The notes beneath the pieces were generated by a model that worked only from the letters and a program-made list of their open reading frames with translations, did not search any database and was not told where the DNA came from. This document shows, one piece after another, positions 39,379 through 49,530 of a stretch of DNA of 54,790 bases. This stretch comes from Nitrososphaerales archaeon (lineage in GTDB: Archaea > Thermoproteota > Nitrososphaeria > Nitrososphaerales > JACAEJ01), in assembly GCA_013388925.1 (NCBI GenBank), contig JACAEJ010000048.1, positions 1 to 54,790 on the forward strand, given 5' to 3'. The stretch's first letter is position 1; each line of letters starts with the position of its first letter. The translations under genes and the position numbers were made by a program.

Positions 39379-40614
39379 TTATCTCATAAGGTACGGAACT
39401 GTTATCATCAGTATTACCAATGATACCATCGCCATCGTTACACCCGTAGTGATTCTTGTAACGCTTTTCTCACTGAGCTTATTCTTTCCTAGAGCTTGCA
39501 AAAGTACTCTGAAGGCCTGACCGCCATCCAACGGGTATATAGGAAGAGCGTTGAATACAGCTAAGTTGATGTTGATAAACCACACCCAGAACAGTAGGTT
39601 TGCCAAAGGATAAAACGCATAACCTATACTGGATGTGTAGAACATACTCATAGCATCGGAGAAGGGCACCACGTATATTTTCATGGTATCGGATAGTGTT
39701 GGCAGGAAAAAGTAGAGCGAGAGTGAAGCAGGAGATAGGTTTCTGTACCTGTCCAATGACTGAGTAATGTTTGCCAAGAACACACCCATTATTCCCCTCT
39801 GAGGATTGTCAGGGTCTTGAGCAAGTTGTACATCGAAGTCCACTATTTCTGAACCGTGGCGGGCTGTCACAGTTATATTTGTTCCCGGCTCAAGGGGGTC
39901 GAGGATCTTTTTTAACTCTTGAACCGATGTGACATTCTTTCCGTCTATCGCTGTAATTACATCGCCAGGCATCATTCCTACTTCATGGGCGGGGCCATCT
40001 GGATCGACTCCAACCACCCCTACCCCTGTTACAAGAGGTGTCATTGTGCCTACTATGAGTAGTAGCACAAGAAGAGATATCGCCGCCGCTATTACATTGC
40101 TCCCAGGTCCGGCTGCAAAAACCCTTCCTGAGTCTCTTGCCTTTGCATTTTTGATCTCATTTTCATCTATATCAACAAAAGCGCCTATGGGTACTATCAG
40201 GAATAATACCAACCCGCTAGATTTCACCTTGAACCCTAGAGATCTAGCGAGCACTCCGTGCATCCCTTCATGAACTACCAGGGCTATCACCAGAGCCATC
40301 CATCCGTAGACTATCGGCAAGTAGGGGTTGATTCCTGGAAACAATAGGTTTCCTAGTGGGGTTATCTCTCTTGCAATGCCTCTTAGAAAGGCGCTCGAGA
40401 TGTACGCTATTACTGAACTCAGGATGAGGTAGAAGCCTACGGCTGCAAAAATTGGAAGCATGTATAATAGGATCCATCCCAACCTCTTGATGAATCCTAA
40501 TCGCCCTAATCTCTCTAGGATTGAAATGCCTTTCTTAGTCCTTATGAGGATGAAAGGGAAGCTCACCTCTACCCTCTTCGTTTCTCGATCGCCCTTGGGG
40601 TTGTTCTCTGCCAA
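39379..40614 (-). CDS. Site-2 protease (M50 family) with PDZ domain
   Basis: HEGMH, AAGPGSN, PDZ (GPA...GM..GDVI..IDG), FNALPIYPLDGG. Confidence 0.94.
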   Translation of the reverse strand: MAENNPKGDRETKRVEVSFPFILIRTKKGISILERLGRLGFIKRLGWILLYMLPIFAAVGFYLILSSVIAYISSAFLRGIAREITPLGNLLFPGINPYLPIVYGWMALVIALVVHEGMHGVLARSLGFKVKSSGLVLFLIVPIGAFVDIDENEIKNAKARDSGRVFAAGPGSNVIAAAISLLVLLLIVGTMTPLVTGVGVVGVDPDGPAHEVGMMPGDVITAIDGKNVTSVQELKKILDPLEPGTNITVTARHGSEIVDFDVQLAQDPDNPQRGIMGVFLANITQSLDRYRNLSPASLSLYFFLPTLSDTMKIYVVPFSDAMSMFYTSSIGYAFYPLANLLFWVWFININLAVFNALPIYPLDGGQAFRVLLQALGKNKLSEKSVTRITTGVTMAMVSLVILMITVPYLMR

Positions 40615-40708
40615 TTGGTCTCTACCACTAGACTATGGTTATAAGTGTAAATGCATTATTATAAACTATTCAAAACATTTCTGATGTCCCTTAATCGAGT
40701 AACTTTAA

Positions 40709-41686
40709 GTGTACTTCGTTGCTAAACTTGGTAGGGAGGACTCAGAGACTTTGATACAGCCCCAAAGATGCACCAGATGTAGCAATAGTTCGATATACAA
40801 TAGGGCCTACTCTGGAGAAGCGTTGTGTGGTTCCTGCTTCTGCTCCTCAATAGAAGAGAAGGTAAAGAGAGCCATATCAAAATACGGTCTCCTAAAGCAT
40901 GGCGACAAGGTGGGCGTAGCTGTCTCTGGTGGAAAAGATAGCTTAACCTTGTTAAGAATATTGAGCGAAATGTGTAGGCATCACGCTTCAAAGATCTTTG
41001 CCATAACTATAGACGAGGGAATCTCGAGCTATCGTGAAGAGGCCATAGACTTATGCAAAGAATTTACAGGAGAGCTAGACATACCTCATTGCGTAGTATC
41101 TTTCAAGGAGCTCTATGGATTCAGCCTAGACAATGTCATAAAATCCAGAAGAGTACAGGGGGCGTCTGCCTGCTCCATCTGTGGAATTCTGAGGAGGAGG
41201 GCTATAGACATAGCTGCGAGGAGTCTAGGAGTTGACGTCATAGCTACTGCCCACAATCTTGACGATATGCTCCAGACCTTTATGATAAACTTGCTGAATG
41301 GAGATATGGCGAGGGTGAAATGGTTTGATTCTGCAATCAAACCGAAGGAGGAGTTTGTTGTGAGGAGAGTGAGGCCTCTCATGGATATCTATGAGAAAGA
41401 GATTGCCATGTACGCTTTTCTCAAGAATACCCCATTCCAGACTGTAAGTTGCCCCTATATGAACGAAGGAATTAGATCTGAAATCAGGTCTATGCTGAAT
41501 GCTCTGGAAGAAGAGCATCCTGGGATAAAATACAGTACTCTGAATTCTGCCATAAGAATTTCAAAAAGCATAGCCATAGATGGGAGAGAGCTAAAGCTTT
41601 GTAAAATGTGCAATTTTCCCTCCTCTGGTGAACTCTGCTCTGTATGTAAGACTATAGAGATGGTAAAGGGAAATATGTATATATAA
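40709..41686 (+). CDS. TIGR00269/NcsA-Ctu1-like tRNA 2-thiolation protein (PP-loop; start probably TTG 40751)
   Basis: N- and C-terminal CxxC Zn fingers, SGGKDS, CSICG..RR, ATAHNLDD, CPY. Confidence 0.9.
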   Translation: MYFVAKLGREDSETLIQPQRCTRCSNSSIYNRAYSGEALCGSCFCSSIEEKVKRAISKYGLLKHGDKVGVAVSGGKDSLTLLRILSEMCRHHASKIFAITIDEGISSYREEAIDLCKEFTGELDIPHCVVSFKELYGFSLDNVIKSRRVQGASACSICGILRRRAIDIAARSLGVDVIATAHNLDDMLQTFMINLLNGDMARVKWFDSAIKPKEEFVVRRVRPLMDIYEKEIAMYAFLKNTPFQTVSCPYMNEGIRSEIRSMLNALEEEHPGIKYSTLNSAIRISKSIAIDGRELKLCKMCNFPSSGELCSVCKTIEMVKGNMYI

Positions 41687-41687
41687 A
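41678..41687 (+). promoter_or_regulatory. Probable TATA box of the SRP RNA gene (overlaps the upstream stop codon)
   Basis: TATATATAAA about 20-29 nt upstream of the SRP RNA 5' helix, preceded by purine-rich sequence. Confidence 0.55.
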
Positions 41688-41706
41688 AATCATGCATAAC
41701 AGATTT

Positions 41707-42026
41707 GCGGCGATAGGTAGGGCTGGGAGGATAGCCGTCTCCCAATCCTGAAAACGGCTATACGCAGGGGCCAGTAACCGACTGGTAAAGCATGCTGATC
41801 GGGATACCTGTCAGTTGCGCAGGAATGAAGACACGCCGTGATGGGCGGTCGCAAGAGGCGACCCCTTCGAAGGAAGGGAATCGACCTTCAACTGTTGAAA
41901 CGGGCGAGGTCCGGGAGGGAGCAACCCTAAGGCAGGGCGGCCACGCTGTCACGCCCACGTGATTGACTCAGCGGATTGAAGATGGGGCTCGATTAGGGTG
42001 TGAAATCTGTTCGGGGCTATCGCCGC
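41707..42026 (+). ncRNA. ffs: Archaeal signal recognition particle RNA (7S)
   Basis: Terminal helix GCGGCGATAG/CTATCGCCGC; helix-8 motif GAGGTCC-GGGA-GGGAGCAACC; GC-rich; about 320 nt. Confidence 0.93.
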
Positions 42027-42125
42027 ATCCAATGGAGCATAAGATTCTGCACTACAACCATCTCACTTGTTCAAAATGGGTTGACAAGGCTGGGCAACCA
42101 TTTGATGATGTAGGTGTAAATAGAC

Positions 42126-43172
42126 TTAGCCGAGTTTGCTTACTGCACGCTCTGCCATAGATTCTAATCCTCTGTACAAGATTCGTCCCATATCCCAAAC
42201 CAATAATACTACTATGGCCGCCACCACGGTTTGTGCCGCTACCATCAGTTGCGGCAGTACAAGGACTATCAACTGTGATGCAACCCAGTATGCGACCACT
42301 ACTAAGATTATTAGGGAGAGGTTCATGAGCACTCTTTTAAAAGATCCAGAATGTTCTGAAGTTATTCCTGGCACCATATACGCAAGGGTCTCAAAGCGTA
42401 CGCCTGCAAGAGCGAACGCATTTATTGCAAATTTAACCGCTGTGAAACCGATTATAGCCAACAACATTACTAAGATGATAATGCCTACCGTTATCCCTGT
42501 ACCTGGGAAAGTTATGGTAAAAGTGGGCAAAATCAAAGGTAGAAATGAGTAGCTTACAACTATTAGTCCGACAGTAGCTATGAAGTACGCAACCATCCTC
42601 AACATTCGCTCTTTAACTTCTATATATGATGTTTTGCCAAAACTTGTTTCTGATATTATCTTGTTCGTCGCTTCGTCTACTATGAGAGATAGTCTTCTTC
42701 CCACATCCCAAAAGAAGAGCACTAGTATGGCAGCTACTACCAATTGGGATGCTGGAGTGATTATGAATCCTACTATGGGAATCATGGGCAGCAATGGAGC
42801 AAAAGACCAATATCCGATCAAGATTAAGATAATGAAAAGGAAATTGGTCAGAGTTCTGATTGCATGTCTTACTTGCTCAGAAGTCGTGCCAGGAACTAAT
42901 TCGGCCAGATTCTCCGGTTTGAAACCTGCTAAGCGAAGAGCGCTACTTACAAACTTGATGAAGAAGAAGCACAGTATTGCGAAAATAGCGATGTAAATAG
43001 TAGTGCCAAGTGAGACTCCGATGCCTGGCAAGTTCATCTCGAAGGAAAACCTCAGTAGTGGTAAGATGGAGTAGCTGATTATGATTACCCCTGTCAGAGC
43101 TATAAGATATAGCATGGTCTTGGCAAGCGTTCTCTCTATACGCCTATAGATAGAGTTGCTCTTCATGATCAA
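42126..43172 (-). CDS. Polytopic membrane protein built from two tandem homologous halves
   Basis: Repeated motifs SYS(I/F)LPL, PG.G, VPG(T/I)TSE, YW and AAI.VL..WD.GR in each half. Confidence 0.8.
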   Translation of the reverse strand: MIMKSNSIYRRIERTLAKTMLYLIALTGVIIISYSILPLLRFSFEMNLPGIGVSLGTTIYIAIFAILCFFFIKFVSSALRLAGFKPENLAELVPGTTSEQVRHAIRTLTNFLFIILILIGYWSFAPLLPMIPIVGFIITPASQLVVAAILVLFFWDVGRRLSLIVDEATNKIISETSFGKTSYIEVKERMLRMVAYFIATVGLIVVSYSFLPLILPTFTITFPGTGITVGIIILVMLLAIIGFTAVKFAINAFALAGVRFETLAYMVPGITSEHSGSFKRVLMNLSLIILVVVAYWVASQLIVLVLPQLMVAAQTVVAAIVVLLVWDMGRILYRGLESMAERAVSKLG

Positions 43173-43276
43173 TTGCTAGGAGAGTTTAACAGATGGTTCA
43201 ACCTAATAAACAAATACATTATAAAAAATGCCATCTCTTAAGATTTATATGTATATCGATCCAAGAAAAATACACG

Positions 43277-43645
43277 ATGAACAGAGATTGGATCCAAGTT
43301 GAGTCTGGCTGCCAGATTATTACGCTTTCTAGAGATTGTCTGACCATAAGGCTAAAGCCTGATGTTGTTGAGAGGTTGAAGGAATCTATAAAGGATGACC
43401 ATATGCTAAATCAGGCCTTATTAACTCTGCTAACATGGGCTCATTACTCAACCATACCAATTATGGATGTCTTGGATGTTGTGATCGAAACTATCCCCAG
43501 TCCTCCGGGTAGCCCAGAGCTCATGAAGTTGATCATAAAGAGCAACTTTCAGGGTGGCCAGAGATTGTATGAGGTTTATCTCAACCCTGCCGATGCTCAG
43601 AAACTAGCCTCTGAGGTCAAAAAAATCATAAGTTCCAAGTTCTGA
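43277..43645 (+). CDS. Hypothetical protein (likely start ATG 43277)
   Basis: In-frame ATG downstream of a TATA-like TTTATATG; no family recognised. Confidence 0.65.
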   Translation: MNRDWIQVESGCQIITLSRDCLTIRLKPDVVERLKESIKDDHMLNQALLTLLTWAHYSTIPIMDVLDVVIETIPSPPGSPELMKLIIKSNFQGGQRLYEVYLNPADAQKLASEVKKIISSKF

Positions 43646-43834
43646 GTGGTTCACCCAAGATCAGGTTCTATGAATGAGATAAACGATCGTAGTGTAAGAA
43701 TCAATAGCGATCTGTTCCAGTAGATTTTCTTAGTAAAGTGATCTATTTGTGACATTCCCTTAACTAAAGATCCTTTTGTGGTTAATTACATTAAAGTTAA
43801 AAGGAAATAGTCATTTGTACGTATATGGGGCAAC

Positions 43835-45142
43835 ATGCCTTCCCTTCGGGATTATGAAGAAATAGTTGGAGCTGAGGCCGTCAACGAAATCATGAGTCTA
43901 GGGGAGAGGTTGGCAGGCAGGAAAATCGTCCACATAAACTCAACAAAAGTTGGAGGGGGAGTTGCAGAGATACTCCAAAAGCTCATACCTCTTCTAAAGG
44001 AGTGCAAACTGAATGTTGAATGGCGAGTCATCGAGGGAGATGATGAGTTCTTCAGAATCACAAAGGATTTTCATAATGCGCTCCATGGAACAGATGTAGA
44101 GATAAGCCAAGTGATGCTGGATAACTATCTAAAGGTGAATGCTAAGAATGCCCAACAGATGGCAGACCTAAGCGAAGCTGACTTCGTTATTATCCATGAC
44201 CCACAACCCGTGGCATTGATCAAGCATTTTCCCAAGAGGCGAGGGAAGTGGATATGGAGGTGCCATATCGATGTTTCGACGCCAAATCTGAGAGTCTGGG
44301 AGTTTCTCAAAACTTTTGTATCCCAATATAATGCTGCAGTCTTTCACATAGACAAATTTGCAAAGAAAGACCTCTTAATCAGGCAGTTCATAGTTCCGCC
44401 CTCCATTGATCCCCTCAGCCCAAAGAACATAGAAATAAATGTAGATGATATTGATAAAATTCTTTCGAAACATGGAATAAAGAAGAATAAGCCCATAATA
44501 TCTCAGATAGGTCGATTCGACAGATTAAAGGATCCTGCAGGTGTGGTCAAGATGTATAAATGTGTGAAGAACCCCGGCGAGGTCGTCGATGTATTTCGGC
44601 TCTTTATGGGTGGCGATTTTTTGGATTTCACACGTGTTGCGAAGAAGCGTATCGATTGTCAACTTGTGCTTGCAGGGGGATTGGCCACAGACGATCCTGA
44701 GGGACAGGAAGTCTACCAAGAAGTTGTGAGAATGGCTGAGGGTGATAAGGACATCAAGATATTAGTCCTTCCACCATTTGCAGATATTGACATCAATGTG
44801 ATACAGAGGGCATCCCAGGTAGTCCTCCAGAAATCCTTGAAAGAAGGCTTCGCCTTGACTGTGAGTGAAGCTCTTTGGAAAGGCACACCTGTAGTTGGAG
44901 GAAATGCGGGAGGCATACCTCTCCAGATAATCGATAGGATTAACGGTTTTCTTGTCAATAACATTGAAGAAGCCGCTGATAGAGTTCGCTTCCTTCTGAT
45001 GAACCCTCAAAAGGCTAAGGAGATGGGGAGGGCTGGAAGGGAGCATGTCAAAAAGAACTTCCTTATAACAAGGCACGTAAGGGACCATCTTTTGATGTAT
45101 CTAACTTTGGAGCTAATTCCTAGAAAACTCGTTCAGGTCTGA
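43835..45142 (+). CDS. treT: Trehalose synthase TreT-like glycosyltransferase (GT4)
   Basis: HINSTKVGGGVAEIL, FHNALHG, IHDPQP, WRCHID, PSIDPLS.KN, DDPEG, EGFALTVSEALWK. Confidence 0.9.
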   Translation: MPSLRDYEEIVGAEAVNEIMSLGERLAGRKIVHINSTKVGGGVAEILQKLIPLLKECKLNVEWRVIEGDDEFFRITKDFHNALHGTDVEISQVMLDNYLKVNAKNAQQMADLSEADFVIIHDPQPVALIKHFPKRRGKWIWRCHIDVSTPNLRVWEFLKTFVSQYNAAVFHIDKFAKKDLLIRQFIVPPSIDPLSPKNIEINVDDIDKILSKHGIKKNKPIISQIGRFDRLKDPAGVVKMYKCVKNPGEVVDVFRLFMGGDFLDFTRVAKKRIDCQLVLAGGLATDDPEGQEVYQEVVRMAEGDKDIKILVLPPFADIDINVIQRASQVVLQKSLKEGFALTVSEALWKGTPVVGGNAGGIPLQIIDRINGFLVNNIEEAADRVRFLLMNPQKAKEMGRAGREHVKKNFLITRHVRDHLLMYLTLELIPRKLVQV

Positions 45143-45195
45143 ATTTTTCCTAATGCTTAGCACTATATGGCATGTTATAAAGAAGGTTAAAGTAA

Positions 45196-45963
45196 ATGAA
45201 GTATTTGTTTGATTGCTGGCATGAAATCGAAGAGTTCATGAGACCATATAGAAGAACGTATATTCTAACGGATTATGATGGCACCCTAACACCCATAGTC
45301 GATTATCCTGATCAGGCAATATTAAATCCAAATGTTAGAGATTTGTTGAAGTCTCTTGTAAAAGATAGAAGGTTCATATTAGCGATAATAACTGGGAGGA
45401 CTCTGAAAGAAATCATCCAACTCATTGGTATTGAAGGAGCCTACTACATAGGCAACCATGGACTGGAGATAAAGGGTCCTTCACTGACCTTTGTGCACCC
45501 CATGACAGAGAAACTCTCCTTGATAATTTCGAAGATATGCAACGATATGAAATCCAAGTTTGAATCCAATCATGGTGTAATAGTTGAGGATAAAGGGATG
45601 ACAGCTAGCATTCATTATAGGATGGCGCCTAAAAACATGACAGGAGAGATAAAGAAGGTTGTTAGGAACACTGTAAGATCGTATGAAGATTTTGAAATCA
45701 GGCACGGGAAGATGGTCGTTGAGATAAGGCCTAAGGTTCTTTGGGATAAAGGTGATGCAGTATTATGGCTAGTCAGAAAGTTAGGAGAAGACGGAATCCC
45801 GATATACATTGGGGATGACAAGACAGATGAAGATGCCTTTAGGAAGATCGATCGAGGTTTGACCATTCTTGTCTCGAAGAGGAGGAGGCATTCAAATGCC
45901 AGATACTATCTCAAAAGCGCAGAAGATGTGCACGAATTCCTTTACAGGCTACTTGATTTCTAG
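45196..45963 (+). CDS. otsB: Trehalose-6-phosphate phosphatase (HAD family)
   Basis: DYDGTLTPIV, TGR, GNHGLE, HYR, WDKG, GDDKTDEDAF. Confidence 0.93.
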   Translation: MKYLFDCWHEIEEFMRPYRRTYILTDYDGTLTPIVDYPDQAILNPNVRDLLKSLVKDRRFILAIITGRTLKEIIQLIGIEGAYYIGNHGLEIKGPSLTFVHPMTEKLSLIISKICNDMKSKFESNHGVIVEDKGMTASIHYRMAPKNMTGEIKKVVRNTVRSYEDFEIRHGKMVVEIRPKVLWDKGDAVLWLVRKLGEDGIPIYIGDDKTDEDAFRKIDRGLTILVSKRRRHSNARYYLKSAEDVHEFLYRLLDF

Positions 45964-46109
45964 ACTATTTTATCTGTAAAACATTTTTATTAGAGTCTGA
46001 ATTATTATGTTAATGACTAGAGAATGGGAAAGCCTAGAATAATGCAGCATAATGTCCCTTTGGAAAATATTGATATCACTCTCCACTTTAAGTAGAAGGA
46101 GTTTTAACA

Positions 46110-48091
46110 TTGGAGGAAGCGAAGCCAATCGTACTGCCCTATGCCCTTGATATTGATGAGAAAGGATGGGAGAGGGGCCTTACAAGAGAAGCAGAAGAGT
46201 CTCTCTTCTTCCTCTTTGTCGATAGTGAACGTAAAAGATTACTGTTTAATGGAGCCCATGGATACACCTTCAAAAGGTTTTTTAAGAAGCCTGAAAGCGC
46301 CGTAAAAATCACTCTCATAAGTAGAATATACTATTCTGCATGGATTGCACCTTGGAAGGAGGGAAGAGGCCTAATCATTGATGGTCTGGGGCTCTTCCCC
46401 CAGGTTGTGTATTATGATGAGCTTCCTGGCTACAAGACTCTCATCAATGGAATCAAGGAATCGGCATCTGCTGAGGAATACTTGTATGTCCTGAGGAAGC
46501 ATTCACTCACCTTCCTCAACATCAAGGGTTCTAGGTCGTTTATTATCAGCCTTATTCCACAAAAAGATTCGGTCTCCGATTTGCAATCCTACATCATCCA
46601 CTCCAGAAGGGAGGCCGTTACCAACGCTCTCTCTCTCTGAATCCTAGAATTCCTTGGCAACAATTCCTAAGTTTTATCGAGATATTATGGGAATCAGAAG
46701 TAGATATTGAAAGTCTCAACGCCATAAGAAAAGATGTCGTAAACAGAACTAGTAAATGGGTGGAGTGGCAGAAAGAAAAGATCGATAGCATTCAGAAAGA
46801 GTATCTCTCACAGATCGAAGAGGAGAAGGCAGAAGTCAGAATAGGGAATCTACAGGCTGAATACCAATCAAAGGTCACCGAAGCCGAAAATAAGATGGAA
46901 GAAGAAATCAAGAATCTAAGTAATGAACAAACAGAAGTCCAAAGTAAAATACAGAACCTCCAAGAGAAGCGGGGTGAATACTCTAACACTCTCAAGAATA
47001 TGCAGAGGCAAATTGAAGCATTATCAAAGGAACTGAATGCACCACAGAATATACGCAACGAATTATCTCTAGAACTTTCTAACCAGAAGACCAGGCTTGA
47101 AGCTTTCAGGAAGGAGCATCTCAAGCTGGAAGATTTAGTGGAGGCACAAGAAGGTATTACGGAGGAGTTGGATACAATAAGAGAGCGCCTTGCACAGATC
47201 GACATGGAGATAAATAAGATTACAGAATCAATATTCAAGGTGGAGCAAGAACTCCGCCAAGAAGATGAAAAGTGTGAGATCCTTCAGGAATCCATGGCAA
47301 AGTTGAAGAGGCAGATGGCTGATATGATGAAAGCTATGAGAGATCTTGATATGTTGGTGACGGAGAAACAAGATCACTTGGCGAGCATTCCGCACCAAAT
47401 TGAAGATGCTAAGAAAAGAGGGCATGAGGGCATCTTAGGAATTGATAAGGATTACAGACTGAAGTTTGACGAAATAAAAGGGAAGACTAACGCACTAAGG
47501 GTTGAGATGAAGCGGAAAATTGAGACCTATCAGAGAAGAATGTATGAGATGATGAGGAGAACCGATGGGATAGTATCACAGATCGACAGATTGACTGAAG
47601 CCAAATCATCATTTATTCACAGTTTCCACGATGCAACCATCTATCTCCCTAAGAACTTAGAAATCAATGCGCCTACCTTGTTGCAGATACCCCTTTATTT
47701 GGTATGTTATGAGACTCCCACTGGGCAAGGGTATACATTTTATTCTCCTATAACCGTCAAGCGTATTCGTAAGATGCTTTTATCTAAAAAGACATCTATA
47801 GAGATACGGATGAAGAACTTTGATCGAGCTGTAAAAAGTGAGCTTCATGAAGTGATAAAACAAGACTCCTCATTCGAAGAGGAGGTGCTCAATTCTTGTG
47901 CCAAACTTAACATGCTTGAGAACCCTGAAATGCCGGAAGTTCTGCTTAAGGGTCTTGCCCAATTGAGGCTCAGAAAACTAGTTTCTTCTGCTGAAGCCAA
48001 TAAAGCAATGGCGATTCTTTTCGAGTACATTCATGCTCAAAAGAGGAGAAACAAAAAACATGAGCAACCATTTCTCAAGATCTCGAGCTGA
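46110..48091 (+). pseudogene. Large coiled-coil protein gene split by a frameshift in a (CT)6 tract (659 aa if one CT is removed)
   Basis: ORF 46110-46640 ends inside (CT)6; the frame of ORF 46760-48091 is open back through the tract, so (CT)5 joins them (...TNALSLNPRIPWQQF...). Confidence 0.75.
46627..46638 (+). repeat. (CT)6 dinucleotide tract at the frameshift point
   Basis: Sequence ...AACG CTCTCTCTCTCT GAATCC... Confidence 0.9.
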
Positions 48092-48109
48092 GCATTTCGG
48101 GATGAAGAT

Positions 48110-49363
48110 ATGCGCTGTCAGTCCTTCTTTCCATATACGGGAGGAGTCTCTTATTATCTTCTTTGGCTTGGACGCAGATGTCGTGAACTGAGTCACAAGC
48201 TAAGTATAATACACCTTCGTCCCAAAGATTCGCCTATTGAGGAAGAGGTTGAATCCATAAAGGTTTACCGTGTCCCTAAGGAGCAGCCCGACCTAAGGGT
48301 AATAGGAGGCTATACACGGTTCAAAGAGCTTATTCTGAAGGTCTTCCACGGTGTAGAGACATCTGACGAGAAGCTGATAAACAGACATCTTTATGGTTTC
48401 AACGAATATTTGACAGTCAATACGCACTTTGCCGAGAGGGTGAGAGAAGTCTATGAGAAGGAGTCCTTCGATCTTCTACACGTACACGACTTCCAAGTAC
48501 TCCCACTAGGGTCGATGTTGAGGGATCTTAAGATACCTAAGATTTTCACCTGGCATATTCCATTCGCAGGAAATACACCCAAAGCATGGATAGATTTCAT
48601 CATCAAGTACATGATGGAGTACGATAACGTGGTTTTATCTACAAGAGCCTATGTAGCGACCGCTATCCACTACGGCTTGCCTTGGAATAAAGTCTCATGC
48701 ATACCCCCCTTCATAGCGGTTGAGAAGCCTCGGGAGAACGAGTTTCGAAGTAAGTATGGAATAGATCAAGATGAAAAGATCATCCTATGTGTTGCAAGGA
48801 TAGATTCGTTAAAGGGTCAAGATAGGTTGATCAGGGCGCTACCGGATATAGTTAAAGTGCTTCCTAAGATAAAATGTGTATTTATTGGAAACGGTTCCAT
48901 GACAAAGGATGTTCTAAAGGTGAATGAAAAGAAGATATATGATCAGAATCTGAAGCAACTTGTAGAAGAGCTGCATTTAAAGGATATCATCATATTCACT
49001 GGGAGTATATCTAGGAGTGAGTTGATGCAGGCGTACGAAGCGTGTGATGTCGTAGTGCTACCTTCGATCATGGAGGGATTTGGCTTAACTATCACGGAGG
49101 GGATGGCATTCGGCAAACCTGTGATCGGATCGGCTACGGGCGGAATATTGGTGCAAATCTGGCCAGGGATCAACGGTTATCTTGTTGAGCCTGGTGATCC
49201 AAGACAGCTGTCTGAAGCACTCATAATGATACTTTCCAACGAATATCTGAAAAGATCGTTAGGAGCTAAGGCGAAGGAGGTTTATGAACGGGAGTACAGC
49301 TTGGAGAGAGGGGTTAGAGATAACCTGGAACTGTATGAACGTGTGCTAGCCACTAGAATATAG
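48110..49363 (+). CDS. GT-B glycosyltransferase (GT4-like) with trehalose-6-phosphate synthase-like motifs
   Basis: Y..VN..FA, HVHDFQVLPL, FTWHIPF, VARIDSLKG, EGFGLTITEGM. Confidence 0.85.
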   Translation: MRCQSFFPYTGGVSYYLLWLGRRCRELSHKLSIIHLRPKDSPIEEEVESIKVYRVPKEQPDLRVIGGYTRFKELILKVFHGVETSDEKLINRHLYGFNEYLTVNTHFAERVREVYEKESFDLLHVHDFQVLPLGSMLRDLKIPKIFTWHIPFAGNTPKAWIDFIIKYMMEYDNVVLSTRAYVATAIHYGLPWNKVSCIPPFIAVEKPRENEFRSKYGIDQDEKIILCVARIDSLKGQDRLIRALPDIVKVLPKIKCVFIGNGSMTKDVLKVNEKKIYDQNLKQLVEELHLKDIIIFTGSISRSELMQAYEACDVVVLPSIMEGFGLTITEGMAFGKPVIGSATGGILVQIWPGINGYLVEPGDPRQLSEALIMILSNEYLKRSLGAKAKEVYEREYSLERGVRDNLELYERVLATRI

Positions 49364-49530
49364 CCGTTCCAACCTTAAATTCAAAGAATTCAGCAGAAAA
49401 GATAGAATCACTATTGGAGAATAAGGAAGCATCTATGAAAATGGGGGATAAAGCAGTTCTAAGGCTTTATTTGTTCTACATATTCTTAAAAGCAAAAGAT
49501 ATTTAATGCCAAGGAGAACTTTCTCATCGT

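Noticed and set aside
41698-42011. 9-bp complementarity AACAGATTT/AAATCTGTT suggesting a permuted or alternative SRP RNA fold
   Set aside because: The 3' partner is already used in helix 5 and the normal terminal helix is intact; probably chance.
41758-42160. ORFs 41758-41958 and 41963-42160
   Set aside because: They overlap the SRP RNA gene and are spurious.
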